Origin: Candidatus Latescibacterota bacterium
GTDB lineage: Bacteria; Latescibacterota; UBA2968; GCA-2709665
Direction of reading: 5' to 3'
Assembly: GCA_965222075.1 (NCBI GenBank)
Contig: OZ244937.1
Span: 2,368,001-2,432,000, forward strand
DNA length: 64,000 nucleotides
Made by a program: the position numbers and the translations under genes. Positions 1 to 10,252 of this stretch are shown piece after piece. A model generated the notes under the pieces. It was not told the DNA's origin, did no database searches, and worked only from the letters and a program-made list of their open reading frames with translations. The number at the start of each line of letters is the position of its first letter. The first letter of the stretch is position 1.

Positions 1-786
1 CACCGCGCTGATCGGGTGGGCCAACATCATCTGCAGCGCATCCTCAACCGTCTCCACGATCTTCTCCCGACCCATAATGCAGATATGGACATCGGGGATG
101 CTGGAAACCAGCCGGGCGTTTCCCTCGTTCGTTTCAATCACAATCGCGCCTGTCTCGGCAACCCCCACATTGGCCCCGGTCATGCCGATATCCGCATTCA
201 AAAAAATGGGCCGCAGGTATCGGCGCACAACCTTCATAATCGCATCCACGTCTTTGGAGACCGCCTCCCCCGCCACCTTCTCAAAAATCTCCGCCACCTC
301 GCCCGCCGTCTTGTGAATCGCTGGAAACACCAGATGAAACGGCTTCTCCTGGACCTTCTGGATAATCAACTCCCCCAGGTCGGTCTCGATCACCTCCATC
401 CCCGCCGCCTCCATCGGGTGGTTGACCTCGATCTCCTCGCTGGTCAGCGATTTCGATTTTGCCACCACCTTCGCCCCGCATTCCCGGGCGACCTTCAAAA
501 TATACGCGATCGCCTCGGCCCCGTCCTTTGCCAGGAAAACGGACGCCCCCCGCTCCCTGACCTTCTCAGCAAACCGGTCCACCAGATCGTCCTGCTGCTC
601 CAAACACCGCAGCTTAATCCCCCTCACCTCACCCCGAAAGCCCTCTCCGCCGGGGAGTAAGTCCACGGCCGCGTGGCGGCTGTCCCGCCCCCGTTTCACA
701 ACCTGATAAAGCGCCGTGCGTTTGGACTTCTCCTTCAGCGCCCGATCGATCTTTGCATACAACCGCGAATACCTCGTCTCAGCCAT
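1..786 (-). CDS. lutB: Lactate utilization protein B (LUD/Fe-S), N-terminal part; runs off window
   Basis: Manual translation from ATG 786: MAETRYS...VVAKSKSLTSEEI...ETDLGELIIQ...PAIHK...GMTGANVGVAETG...TNEGNARL (LutB motifs); directly downstream of lutC. Confidence 0.9.
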   Translation of the reverse strand, partial: MAETRYSRLYAKIDRALKEKSKRTALYQVVKRGRDSRHAAVDLLPGGEGFRGEVRGIKLRCLEQQDDLVDRFAEKVRERGASVFLAKDGAEAIAYILKVARECGAKVVAKSKSLTSEEIEVNHPMEAAGMEVIETDLGELIIQKVQEKPFHLVFPAIHKTAGEVAEIFEKVAGEAVSKDVDAIMKVVRRYLRPIFLNADIGMTGANVGVAETGAIVIETNEGNARLVSSIPDVHICIMGREKIVETVEDALQMMLAHPISAV

Positions 787-860
787 AAGGGTCTTCCCTC
801 TGTTTCAAACGGCAAACGGCCCCTCCGCCTTCCCCAAAAGCTTCCGGGGGAGGAGGTGTT

Positions 861-1448
861 TCACGTCTTTACCACCACCGCATGCGCTACCGCAGGGCCG
901 TGCACCCCCAGCGTAAGCCGCATCTCGATATCCGCCGTGCGGCTGGGGCCGGAAATAAAGGTCGCTGTAGCATTGTGGGGATTCGCCTCATAAAAATCCC
1001 GGATGCGGGGCGCTGCCTCCTTAAGCGTTTCCACCAGATCCTCTGCTCGAAACAACCCTACATGCACCCCCGGAAGCGTGGAAACCAGACGGAAGGCATC
1101 GTCTGTGGCAAACTCCACCAGCGTACCGGTCTCTGCAATGGCAAAGGCCGCCATGGAAACGCCCACCTGCGCGGTGTCGATCTTGTGGGGCAACTCTGCG
1201 TGCTGAAACGGAGGCTTTAAGACCGCCACCCCCGCACCTTCACACCACGCTTCAACGGCCTCCTGAAGGCCTCCTGTAAGTTCCCCTATGGCAACCCGCC
1301 TGGCGTCTGTCTCCCGAAGGATCGAGGCCACAATATCAGCGGCCTCGTCAGTACTGGCAGCCAGATGTACGATGCCCGCCAGGGCCTCGTACTTCTGTTT
1401 AAACCGTTGGATGGAATCACCGGCCACAAAACGCCCCTCTTTAATCAT
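861..1448 (-). CDS. lutC: Lactate utilization protein C (LUD domain)
   Basis: AIAETGTLV and ISGPSRTADIEMRLTLGVHGP motifs. Confidence 0.9.
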   Translation of the reverse strand: MIKEGRFVAGDSIQRFKQKYEALAGIVHLAASTDEAADIVASILRETDARRVAIGELTGGLQEAVEAWCEGAGVAVLKPPFQHAELPHKIDTAQVGVSMAAFAIAETGTLVEFATDDAFRLVSTLPGVHVGLFRAEDLVETLKEAAPRIRDFYEANPHNATATFISGPSRTADIEMRLTLGVHGPAVAHAVVVKT

Positions 1449-1547
1449 CCGCGCGCTTTTTTCACAACTTTGACGCCCTCAAAGTAATGTGAAACCACAT
1501 CAGAATCAAGACCTATTCTGCGCGGTGAGAAATACCCATTAAAACTG

Positions 1548-1576
1548 TTGCAAAAACAACACATCTGTGCTATAAT
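1548..1576 (+). promoter_or_regulatory. Sigma70-type promoter
   Basis: TTGCAA-17 nt-TATAAT upstream of the 1754 operon. Confidence 0.6.
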
Positions 1577-1753
1577 TTCACATGCTCCCCTGCCCCTGCG
1601 CCTGCCGCCCTCAGTTCAAATCTCTCCAATAACCTGTTTTTAATAAAAATCCGGTATAATAAGTCCACCCGGTGGGGGCGGTACGGTTCTTGCCTGATCT
1701 ATGATGAGGTGCAGCATCAACCGATTTGGATATCCCTTTGATGAGGTAAGCCT

Positions 1754-3043
1754 ATGCAACGGGCGCTATTTCTGATTCTGATGGCAGGCCTCCTCTGCGG
1801 CTCTCCCCTTTTTGCTCGAGACGGTACGGGATACATCATTGAGCGAATCGAAGTTCGGGGCAACAAAAAGACCAAGCCGAAGGTCATTCTCCGCTCCCTT
1901 ATGCTGCGGGAAGGGGATCGTCTACCCCCCGACTGGATCAACCAGAGCCGGCAGGCCCTCTACCGGACGCGCCTCTTCCGGACCGTCCACCTGGCCTCCA
2001 AACCGGGCACGGAAAAGGGCAAAGCCGTCGTGGTGGTCTATGTGGATGAAAAACGCTTCGGCGACCTTGGCGTCAGCCTCGAATATACCGAACTCGACGG
2101 ATTCGGGATCGCCTCGGACGCTTACCACGTCAATCTCTGGGGAGAAGGAAAGATTGTGGGGGTCGAATATGGCCTGGGAGAACGGCTCAAACACTGGAGG
2201 TTCAGCTATACCGACCCCTGGCTCTCCGGCTCAAACCTCTCCCTCCATGTACAGGGTTCCACCTCATCCTCAGATCGGGATCTCTACCGGAGCAAGAACC
2301 CCGATGTCCGGGGACGGTATGACCTGGAACGCATCGGGGGGTCTCTGGGCATCGGCCGTCCCATCGGCACGGCCTACCGGCTGATCTTCAAGTACTCATT
2401 TGAAGATGTCCAGGTCGGAGATTTCCACGCGCCGGCCGTACTCAGGGGAGGGGGGCTGTTCGCGCAGGAGGTCGGAGCCGCGGTGGGCCGGAAGCCGGTG
2501 GGCTTTCTCGGCCTCGACCTCTACCGACGGCCGTCGGGGCGGCCCTGGGGCAGTGTCCCGGGCGTCGATCTGAGCCTGCAGGTCGACTTTTCGGCAACCT
2601 ACCTGGGGTCTACGGCCAATTTCCTCCGATTGCGTACCGAACTCTACCGGCATGTTGAGACCTTTCCGGGGCAGACCTTCTCCTTTGGAGGACGCGCTGG
2701 AATCATCTTTGGCTCTTCCCCGTTCTACGAACGGTTCTTTCTGGATGGCCCCAACCAGCTCCGAGGAATGGAGCGGCGCGAAGTTGGACCCGAGGGGGGC
2801 ACCCGGTTTGTTTCAGCGGAAGGGGTCTATTCGGTCTCCCTGGCAAAGATGGGACGGTTCTATCTCTTTGCAGAAGGCGCAGGCATCAGGCGGCCTGTGA
2901 ACGGCACCGTCCGAAAGGACGCAGACGCAACCGTGGGCATAGGCATCCTGCTCTTCAACCGAATCGACATCAGTTTTGGCATCACAACCGGCACATTAAT
3001 CGTAAAATTCCACCGGTTCGGGGGAATCAATGTGGGCCTTTAA
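1754..3043 (+). CDS. Omp85/BamA-TamA family outer membrane protein with one POTRA domain
   Basis: Signal peptide; POTRA motif IERIEVRGNKKTKPKVI; FSYTDPW; FFLDGPNQLRG. Confidence 0.8.
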   Translation: MQRALFLILMAGLLCGSPLFARDGTGYIIERIEVRGNKKTKPKVILRSLMLREGDRLPPDWINQSRQALYRTRLFRTVHLASKPGTEKGKAVVVVYVDEKRFGDLGVSLEYTELDGFGIASDAYHVNLWGEGKIVGVEYGLGERLKHWRFSYTDPWLSGSNLSLHVQGSTSSSDRDLYRSKNPDVRGRYDLERIGGSLGIGRPIGTAYRLIFKYSFEDVQVGDFHAPAVLRGGGLFAQEVGAAVGRKPVGFLGLDLYRRPSGRPWGSVPGVDLSLQVDFSATYLGSTANFLRLRTELYRHVETFPGQTFSFGGRAGIIFGSSPFYERFFLDGPNQLRGMERREVGPEGGTRFVSAEGVYSVSLAKMGRFYLFAEGAGIRRPVNGTVRKDADATVGIGILLFNRIDISFGITTGTLIVKFHRFGGINVGL

Positions 3044-3125
3044 AATCGGGGAATAGGGAGTAGAACAGGGAATAGGACCGGCCTCCTGCGCCTGCGCCCT
3101 GTATTTAAATGGATGCAAACAAGGC

Positions 3126-3737
3126 ATGAAAGAGGCATTGAGACAGGGATGGATCGTCTGGTTGGGCCTCTTTTTTTTTATGACGCAGCCCGGCAGCGCA
3201 TCGGCTCAGACGATAACGGTCGGAAAGCGGCAGGTCTATATCCAGGGCAACACCCTCAAATTGGACGTGGCGCTCGACTCCCTCTTTTCTCAGCGCGCCC
3301 TGGATGCGATCGAATCGGGGATGACCACTTCCATCACCCTGGAACTTCGACTTGGCCCGGAAGACAATTTCAAACCTCTGGATCAAATCCTTCACATCCG
3401 CCTCGATCACGACATCTGGGAGGGACAGTACCACGTCGTTCGACACGCCAGCAGGCCCGAGACCCTTCAGACTGCCAGCTTCGACACCGTCCGGAGCTTT
3501 TGCTCGAACCTGAAGGGCATCACCCTTGGCCCCCTGCCCTCGACCGGAAAACAATTCGTCCTGCAAGCCAGAGTCGGGGTGAACCCCATCTCACCCGAAC
3601 AGCAGCAGCGTACCCGAAAGTGGCTCAACCTCCTGGAAAAAGGGAGCCTGCTGGAACTCTTTATCCCCCTGGATCGACCGTCTGAACGCACGCGCTGGAT
3701 CGAAGTTGAGCGCTTCAACCTCAAGGATCTGAAATGA
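3126..3737 (+). CDS. DUF4390-like exported protein
   Basis: Signal peptide; AIESG...LELRL...HDIWEGQY pattern; directly upstream of an ntrY-like kinase. Confidence 0.65.
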   Translation: MKEALRQGWIVWLGLFFFMTQPGSASAQTITVGKRQVYIQGNTLKLDVALDSLFSQRALDAIESGMTTSITLELRLGPEDNFKPLDQILHIRLDHDIWEGQYHVVRHASRPETLQTASFDTVRSFCSNLKGITLGPLPSTGKQFVLQARVGVNPISPEQQQRTRKWLNLLEKGSLLELFIPLDRPSERTRWIEVERFNLKDLK

Positions 3738-5236
3738 AACCCCTATCGCTACGATCGCGGATCATCATCGCCCTGATTGCCCTGGCGCTGGGAACCACAC
3801 TGGTCCTCTCACTTCTGGCCAAAAACCTGCTGGACCAGAGCCTGCAGGTCAGCATTACCCCGGAGATCGGACAGGCCCTGAACGATGCGCTCGTTCTGGC
3901 AAAAGAAAACTACAGTGTGCGTAAAGCCATCATGGTCGAGGCCGGCGGTGCGCTGGCCGAATCGCCGATCCTCAACAAGGCATTCCAAAACGGAGATCTC
4001 GAACGGTTGCGGGACGTGTTCAAACAGAGGGAACTTTCGGAGGTTTCACTCCGTTTCGCCCCCAGGGGAAGCCTGCCGGCGTCGCTTGCCGACCGCCTTG
4101 TTGGTGGCCCGCAGGTCTTCAAAAGCCCCGAGCAGGCAGCCCTGCTACAAATGGCGGTGCCCGTTTGGGAAAACGGACGCATCGTCGCGGCCCTGTTCGT
4201 CACGGAGCGCCTGGACAAGCTCATAAACGTAGAGCGGGCGGCACAGACGGTTGGGCACCTGCAAATGATCTTCGATCACACCCAGGAAGACCTCTATCGG
4301 GCCTTTCTACTGACCTTTTTGGTGGCCGCCGCAGGCGTGGTCCTGGTGGCCTCGGTAGTCGGTATCCGCATCGGGTTTGAAATCACCGGCCCCCTCTACG
4401 CCCTCATCAAGGGCACCCGGGAACTGGCCCGGGACAACCTGCATTACCGCATCCCCAGGGGCCGCGACGACGAGATCGGTCTGGTCATCGACTCCTTCAA
4501 CCGCATGGCGGAAGACCTGAACCAGAACCGGCGGCAGCGGGTGGAAGCCGAAAAAATCGCGGCGTGGCAGGAAATTGCCCGCCGCCTGGCCCACGAAATC
4601 AAGAATCCCCTCACCCCCATCCAGCTCACCGTTCAGCAGATGAGAGACAAATATGCAGGAGACGATCCGGCCTATCGGAATCTGATCGAGGATTGTACCG
4701 AGATCGTCACCGAAGAAGTGGAAAGCCTCAGGGGCCTGGTTCAGGAATTTGCGGACTTCGCCCGCATGCCCTCCCTTTCCCTGAAGCGGCACGACCTCAA
4801 CAGCGTGGCGCAGGACGCCGTCCGCCTCTATCCGGAAGCCAGCATCAGGCTCGACCTTCAGGTCGACCTGCCCGAACTCGACTTAGACGTGGAACAGATG
4901 CGCCGCGTGCTGATCAACCTGATCGAAAACGGCGTGGAGGCAGCCGGAGAGAACGGCACCCTCGCCGTCTGCACGCAGTTCCGGAACGGGACCGTAAAGC
5001 TCCAGGTCACCGATTCCGGGCCGGGTGTGGCCAGAGAGAACCGGGAACGGATCTTCCAGCCCTACGTGTCAACCAAAGAGAACGGAATGGGCCTGGGTCT
5101 GGCAATGGTGCGAAGTATTGTTGAGAACCATGGAGGGCGCGTTACCGTAACAGACGGCCCGGAGGGAGGGGCTCAATTCGAGCTTCTGCTGCCCATTCCA
5201 GAGGGATCTATAAAATGGCCGGAGGTGCAGACATGA
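3734..5236 (+). CDS. NtrY-like HAMP sensor histidine kinase
   Basis: 2 TM segments, HAMP, AWQEIARRLAHEIKNPLTPIQL H-box, N/G boxes. Confidence 0.9.
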   Translation: MKPLSLRSRIIIALIALALGTTLVLSLLAKNLLDQSLQVSITPEIGQALNDALVLAKENYSVRKAIMVEAGGALAESPILNKAFQNGDLERLRDVFKQRELSEVSLRFAPRGSLPASLADRLVGGPQVFKSPEQAALLQMAVPVWENGRIVAALFVTERLDKLINVERAAQTVGHLQMIFDHTQEDLYRAFLLTFLVAAAGVVLVASVVGIRIGFEITGPLYALIKGTRELARDNLHYRIPRGRDDEIGLVIDSFNRMAEDLNQNRRQRVEAEKIAAWQEIARRLAHEIKNPLTPIQLTVQQMRDKYAGDDPAYRNLIEDCTEIVTEEVESLRGLVQEFADFARMPSLSLKRHDLNSVAQDAVRLYPEASIRLDLQVDLPELDLDVEQMRRVLINLIENGVEAAGENGTLAVCTQFRNGTVKLQVTDSGPGVARENRERIFQPYVSTKENGMGLGLAMVRSIVENHGGRVTVTDGPEGGAQFELLLPIPEGSIKWPEVQT

Positions 5237-6612
5237 CCGAACAAACCGTGCTGGTCGTCGACGATGAGCGGAACATCCGGCGATCCTTGAAAATGATTCT
5301 TTCGGGCGAGGGCTACAGCGTCATCTGTGCATCCGCCGGGGAGGAGGCCCTGGAGGTCCTCTGCCAGCAGCCCGTTCACACCGCCCTGCTGGACATCGTC
5401 ATGCCCGGCATGAACGGCATCGACGTGCTTCAGAACATGCGAAAGACAAGACCCAACCTGCCCGTCATCATGATCTCCGGCCACGGCACCGTTCAGGACG
5501 CTGTGTGGGCGACCAAGCTGGGCGCCTACGACTTCTTGGAAAAGCCGCTCTCCCGGGAGAAAGTGCTCCTTTCCGTCTCCCATGCCCTGGAAACATCCAC
5601 ACTGGCTGAGGAAAACCGGAACCTGCGGCAAAAAATCGAAGGCCGCTACGAAATGGTCGGCCAGAGCCAGGCCATGCAGGCCATCCTGGAACAGATCGGG
5701 AAGGTCGCGCCCACCAATGGACGGGTGCTCATCTTAGGGGAAAGCGGCACCGGCAAGGAACTCATCGCCCGGCACATCCACCGGCAAAGCCAGCGGCACC
5801 GGGGCTCTTTTATCAAAGTAAACTGCGCCGCCATTCCAGAAGAACTGATCGAGAGCGAACTCTTTGGAAGCGACCGGGGAGCCTTCACAGGGGCCGTGAA
5901 GACCCGGGATGGAAAATTCCTGCAAGCCGACGGCGGCACCCTCTTCTTAGACGAAATCGGCGACATGAGCCTCAACGTCCAGGCGAAGGTCTTGCGCGCC
6001 CTCGAACAGGGAGAATTCGAGCGCGTGGGTGGCTCCGAAACCATTCGGGTAGACGTCCGGGTGATTGCGGCCACCAACAAAGACCTCCGGAAACGGGTGG
6101 AACAGGGCCAGTTTCGTGAAGACCTCTTTTTCAGGCTCAACGTCATCCCCATCGTGTCCCCGCCCCTGCGGGACCGTCGCGAAGACATCTCCCTGCTCAC
6201 TGCCCACTGCCTCGATCTCTACGCCGAAGAGAACGGCTTCCGGCCCAAAAAGATCGCCCCCGATGCAATGGAGGTCCTCTGCCGCTACGACTGGCCTGGA
6301 AACATCCGGGAACTCAAGAACCTGGTAGAACGCCTCTCCATTATGGTCAGCGCAGATGTTATTGGCGCTGGTGACCTGCCCACCCTCAGCGGCCTTCATA
6401 TTCCACGCGCCTCAGAAGAGGCAGACACCCCGGCGCTCCCGAATCTGCCCTCCGGAAAAACGCTGCGGGAAGTGAGGGAAGCCGTAGAGCGGGTCGTCAT
6501 CGGTGACGCCCTGGAAAAGAGCGGCGGGAATGTGACGCAGGCGGCCAAAATCCTGGGTATTGAGCGGACAAACCTGCATAAAAAGATCAAAGCCTATGAC
6601 CTCGAACGGTAG
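5233..6612 (+). CDS. NtrX-like sigma54-family response regulator (REC-AAA-HTH)
   Basis: REC domain, GESGTGKE, GAFTGA, Fis-type HTH; ATG 5233 overlaps the kinase stop. Confidence 0.9.
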   Translation: MTEQTVLVVDDERNIRRSLKMILSGEGYSVICASAGEEALEVLCQQPVHTALLDIVMPGMNGIDVLQNMRKTRPNLPVIMISGHGTVQDAVWATKLGAYDFLEKPLSREKVLLSVSHALETSTLAEENRNLRQKIEGRYEMVGQSQAMQAILEQIGKVAPTNGRVLILGESGTGKELIARHIHRQSQRHRGSFIKVNCAAIPEELIESELFGSDRGAFTGAVKTRDGKFLQADGGTLFLDEIGDMSLNVQAKVLRALEQGEFERVGGSETIRVDVRVIAATNKDLRKRVEQGQFREDLFFRLNVIPIVSPPLRDRREDISLLTAHCLDLYAEENGFRPKKIAPDAMEVLCRYDWPGNIRELKNLVERLSIMVSADVIGAGDLPTLSGLHIPRASEEADTPALPNLPSGKTLREVREAVERVVIGDALEKSGGNVTQAAKILGIERTNLHKKIKAYDLER

Positions 6613-7750
6613 TCAATTGGCGCAACGGGCGCTCATACTGGCGGCATTATATCTTTTCATCGGTGCCGCAGAAGCCAACGCGCCGCAGGGACGTCTAAAG
6701 GCGTTCTACCGGTCCATCCGGATGCGCTACAACCGGGTAGAAGGCATTTTTCTGGGCTACCGCCTGGGCGTTGCGCCCAGGACCTGGCAGGGCTTCGGCC
6801 TCTTTGCAGAGGGCGGCTACGGCATGCACAACCAGTCGCCCCGCTGGGAAAGCGGCCTGGAGTACCAAAAGGATAAGGCGACCTTTTCCCTTACCCTGTT
6901 CGACCGCACCGAAACCAACGACCGCGAAATCACCCGCACCAGTGAAAATACCGTTTTCACCCTCCTCTTCAAATGGGATTACCAGGACTACTTCCGGACA
7001 AAGCAGGGGTTTGAGGCCAAAGGGGCTTACCGCTACCGGCGGCGCCTGCTCTTCCTGGGCCGGCTGTCCGCGTTTACCTATGACAATATGCCCCTCGAAA
7101 CGGGGTGGAGTCTTTTTCATCCGAACCGCGCCTTCCGAATCAATCCCCGGATTCAACCCGGAGACGCCGGTCTGCTGCAACTCGGGTTCATCCTGGATAC
7201 GCGGATACGCAGTCCCATCTTCCGGAACGCCTGGTACCTCAGCGGAATCTACGAACGGGGATTTCGGGCATTCGAATACAACGGCCTGATCCTGGCGGTC
7301 AAACGGTTCCAGAAAGTCATCTTCGGCAGCCAGGCCTTTGTCGTGCAAGCCCGGATCGGTACTCGCGAGAGCACCCACGAGCAGCACCTGTTCGATCTGG
7401 GAGGGGTGAGCACGCTTCGGGGCTACGACATCAAAGAATTTACCGGCAACCGGATGGTCATGGTCAACTTCGACTACCTCTTCGGTGGGGACCTGCTGGG
7501 TCGAATGCCCATCAAAGGGTTCCACCTGCTCAACCTCATCCTCTTCTTCGACGCCGGATGGGCGCACGCGGTGCCCAAATCGGAAACCCTGTTGAGCGGC
7601 TTCGGTGACTTGAGTCTGAAAGACTTCAAGCCCAACGCCGGCGTCGGAGTCGCCGCTCTCCGGCAGTTCCTCCGATTCAACATCGCCCTGCGTCTGGACC
7701 GCAAGAATGACCCCTGGGTTGTATCCTTGCGTGTTAAAAGAAAATTCTAA
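6596..7750 (+). CDS. Outer membrane beta-barrel protein (Omp85 surface-antigen-like)
   Basis: Signal peptide; RYNRVEG; FDLGGVSTLRGY; FFDAGWA; C-terminal Phe. Confidence 0.7.
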   Translation: MTSNGSQLAQRALILAALYLFIGAAEANAPQGRLKAFYRSIRMRYNRVEGIFLGYRLGVAPRTWQGFGLFAEGGYGMHNQSPRWESGLEYQKDKATFSLTLFDRTETNDREITRTSENTVFTLLFKWDYQDYFRTKQGFEAKGAYRYRRRLLFLGRLSAFTYDNMPLETGWSLFHPNRAFRINPRIQPGDAGLLQLGFILDTRIRSPIFRNAWYLSGIYERGFRAFEYNGLILAVKRFQKVIFGSQAFVVQARIGTRESTHEQHLFDLGGVSTLRGYDIKEFTGNRMVMVNFDYLFGGDLLGRMPIKGFHLLNLILFFDAGWAHAVPKSETLLSGFGDLSLKDFKPNAGVGVAALRQFLRFNIALRLDRKNDPWVVSLRVKRKF

Positions 7751-7764
7751 TTGGACCGCACAGG

Positions 7765-9015
7765 CTAAGTCCCTTCCTCCCAGGAACTCAGGTACGCCGC
7801 CTGCTCGGACGTCAGTTCGTCGATCTGCACCCCCATCGCCTCCAGCTGCAGCTGGGCGACCTCCCGATCAATCTCGTCCGGCAGCCGGTAGACCTTCGGC
7901 TCCAGTTCATCCGCATGGGCAATGCCGTATTCCACGCCCAGCGCCTGGTCGCAAAATGAAAGCGACATCACCGCAGACGGGTGACCCTCCGCGCAGGCCA
8001 GGTTCACCAGGCGCCCTTCGCCGCAGAGGAATATCGACTTCCCCTTTAAGGAATACTCGTGGAAAAGCGGGCGTACCTCCCGTTTGTTGTCCGCCATCTC
8101 CTCCAGGCCAACCACGTCAATCTCTAAGTCGAAATGTCCGGCGTTGGCCATCACCGCACCTTCCTTCATAACCTCCATATGATGGGTGTTGATCACGTGC
8201 TTGTTCCCGGTCACCGTCACAAACAGGTCGCCCAGTGGGGCGGCTTCCGCCATCGGCATTACCCGGAAGCCGTCCATCCGCGCCTGCAGTGCCCGGAAGG
8301 CGTCCACCTCCGTCACCGCCACCTCTGCGCCCAGCCCCCTGGAGCGGGAAGCCACGCCCTTCCCGCAGTTGCCATATCCGACAACCACCACCGTCTGCCC
8401 GCTGATCAGCAGGTTGGATGCCCGGACCACGCCATCCAGCGCCGACTGTCCGGTCCCGTAAAAATTGTCCATCAGGTGCTTCGTATCGCAGTCGTTCACC
8501 GCAATAATCGGGTATTTAAGGGCACTGTCCTTCTCCATCGCCCGCAGACGGATGATTCCCGTCGTGGTCTCTTCACACCCGCAGAGAATATCGGGAATCT
8601 GGTCGGCGTAATTGGTGTGGATCTCGGAGACCAGATCACACCCATCGTCAATGGTCACATGCGGTTTGGTCTCGATCACCGCCCGGATATATTTGTAATA
8701 ATCCTCGCGGGTCTCTCCCTTGTAGGCGTAAACCGTCGTGTCCTCATAAGCCAGAGCCGCGGCCACATCGTCCTGCGTCGACAGCGGGTTGCAGCCGGTA
8801 ATGGCCACCTCCGCGCCTCCCGCCTGCAGGGTGCGCACAAGCACGGCCGTCTCTTTGGTCACGTGCAGCGCCATGCCAATCCGGTACCCCTCCAGCGGTT
8901 TTTCCGCTTCAAACCGTTGCCGGACCTTCATCAGCGCCCCCATCTGCTTCTCCGCCCACTCGATATTCTTCAGGCCCTGATCGGCCAGGTTGATATCTTT
9001 GACCTCGTAAGCCAC
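7765..9015 (-). CDS. ahcY: Adenosylhomocysteinase
   Basis: CNPLSTQD, EETTTG, TKHLMDNFYG, NAGHF, EGRLVNL motifs. Confidence 0.97.
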   Translation of the reverse strand: MAYEVKDINLADQGLKNIEWAEKQMGALMKVRQRFEAEKPLEGYRIGMALHVTKETAVLVRTLQAGGAEVAITGCNPLSTQDDVAAALAYEDTTVYAYKGETREDYYKYIRAVIETKPHVTIDDGCDLVSEIHTNYADQIPDILCGCEETTTGIIRLRAMEKDSALKYPIIAVNDCDTKHLMDNFYGTGQSALDGVVRASNLLISGQTVVVVGYGNCGKGVASRSRGLGAEVAVTEVDAFRALQARMDGFRVMPMAEAAPLGDLFVTVTGNKHVINTHHMEVMKEGAVMANAGHFDLEIDVVGLEEMADNKREVRPLFHEYSLKGKSIFLCGEGRLVNLACAEGHPSAVMSLSFCDQALGVEYGIAHADELEPKVYRLPDEIDREVAQLQLEAMGVQIDELTSEQAAYLSSWEEGT

Positions 9016-9027
9016 CTCATTCTCCTT

Positions 9028-10194
9028 TCAAATCAGCTTTTTTGCCGCCCTCCGCAGGGCCTGAGCCTTATCGGTCTGCTCCCAGGTAAACGCATCGCCC
9101 CGGCGCCCAAAGTGCCCGTAAACGGCTGTCTGCCCATAGATGGGGCGAAGCAGCTTCAGCGACTTGATAATCCCGGAAGGCGTCAGGGGAAAATGCTCCC
9201 GAATCAGCTTTGAAATCGCCGCATCGTCAATCTTCCCGGTCCCGAATGTATCCACAGCGACCGACACCGGTTCGGGCACGCCGATCGCGTATGCAAGCTG
9301 GACTTCGCAGCGGTTGGCCAGACCTGCCTTCACCACATTCTTGGCCACGTAACGGGCCGCATAGTGGGCGCTCCGGTCCACCTTGCTGGGATCCTTGCCG
9401 GAAAACGCCCCCCCTCCGTGCCGCCCCATCCCACCGTAAGTATCCACAATAATCTTCCGCCCCGTCAGCCCGGTATCGCCGTGGGGGCCTCCAACCACAA
9501 AACGTCCGGTAGGATTGATGTGGTAGATCGTATCTGTGTCCAGATATCGTTCCGGCACCACTTTCTTGATGACCTGTTTAATCATGTCATTCGTGATTTT
9601 TCTATGGCTCGTCTTGGGGGCATGCTGGGTGGAAACAACAACCGTGTGCACCCGGACCGGCGTATCGCCTTCGTACTCCACCGTAACCTGCGACTTGCTG
9701 TCCGGGCGCAAATAGGGCAGTGTGCCCCTCCTGCGAAGCTGCGCCAGGCGCTGCATCAGCTTGTGCGCCAGCATAATGGGCATCGGCATCAACTCCGGCG
9801 TCTCCCGGCAGGCATAACCGAACATCATCCCCTGGTCGCCGGCCCCCTGCTCCTGATGTAAGCCTTCCCCTGTGCTGACACCCTGGGAAATATCGCCCGA
9901 CTGTTTGTCCAGGGCAACCAGCACCCCGCAGGACTGGCAGTCAAACCCGTAGTCCGAATCGGTATACCCGATCCGGCGGATAACATCTCGAACCAGCTCT
10001 GAAACTTCCACCGTCGCCTGGCTGGTCACCTCTCCCGACACGATCACCTGCCCCGTCGTCACCAGGGTTTCACAGGCGACCCGGGACCTGGGGTCCTGCG
10101 CAAGCATCGCATCTAAAACCGCATCGGAAATCTGATCGCAAATCTTGTCCGGATGCCCTTCAGACACCGACTCGGAAGTAAAAAGACGCCGCAT
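9028..10194 (-). CDS. metK: S-adenosylmethionine synthetase
   Basis: [35 protein letters not shown]. Confidence 0.98.
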   Translation of the reverse strand: MRRLFTSESVSEGHPDKICDQISDAVLDAMLAQDPRSRVACETLVTTGQVIVSGEVTSQATVEVSELVRDVIRRIGYTDSDYGFDCQSCGVLVALDKQSGDISQGVSTGEGLHQEQGAGDQGMMFGYACRETPELMPMPIMLAHKLMQRLAQLRRRGTLPYLRPDSKSQVTVEYEGDTPVRVHTVVVSTQHAPKTSHRKITNDMIKQVIKKVVPERYLDTDTIYHINPTGRFVVGGPHGDTGLTGRKIIVDTYGGMGRHGGGAFSGKDPSKVDRSAHYAARYVAKNVVKAGLANRCEVQLAYAIGVPEPVSVAVDTFGTGKIDDAAISKLIREHFPLTPSGIIKSLKLLRPIYGQTAVYGHFGRRGDAFTWEQTDKAQALRRAAKKLI

Positions 10195-10252
10195 AAAGTT
10201 AAGTTCTCCCTCCCGTGATAAGAAGCTGTTTTAAAATTCCTGTCCAGACCGG

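Noticed and set aside
10195-10252. SAM or SAH riboswitch before metK-ahcY
   Set aside because: Only 58 bp of intergenic space and no recognisable aptamer
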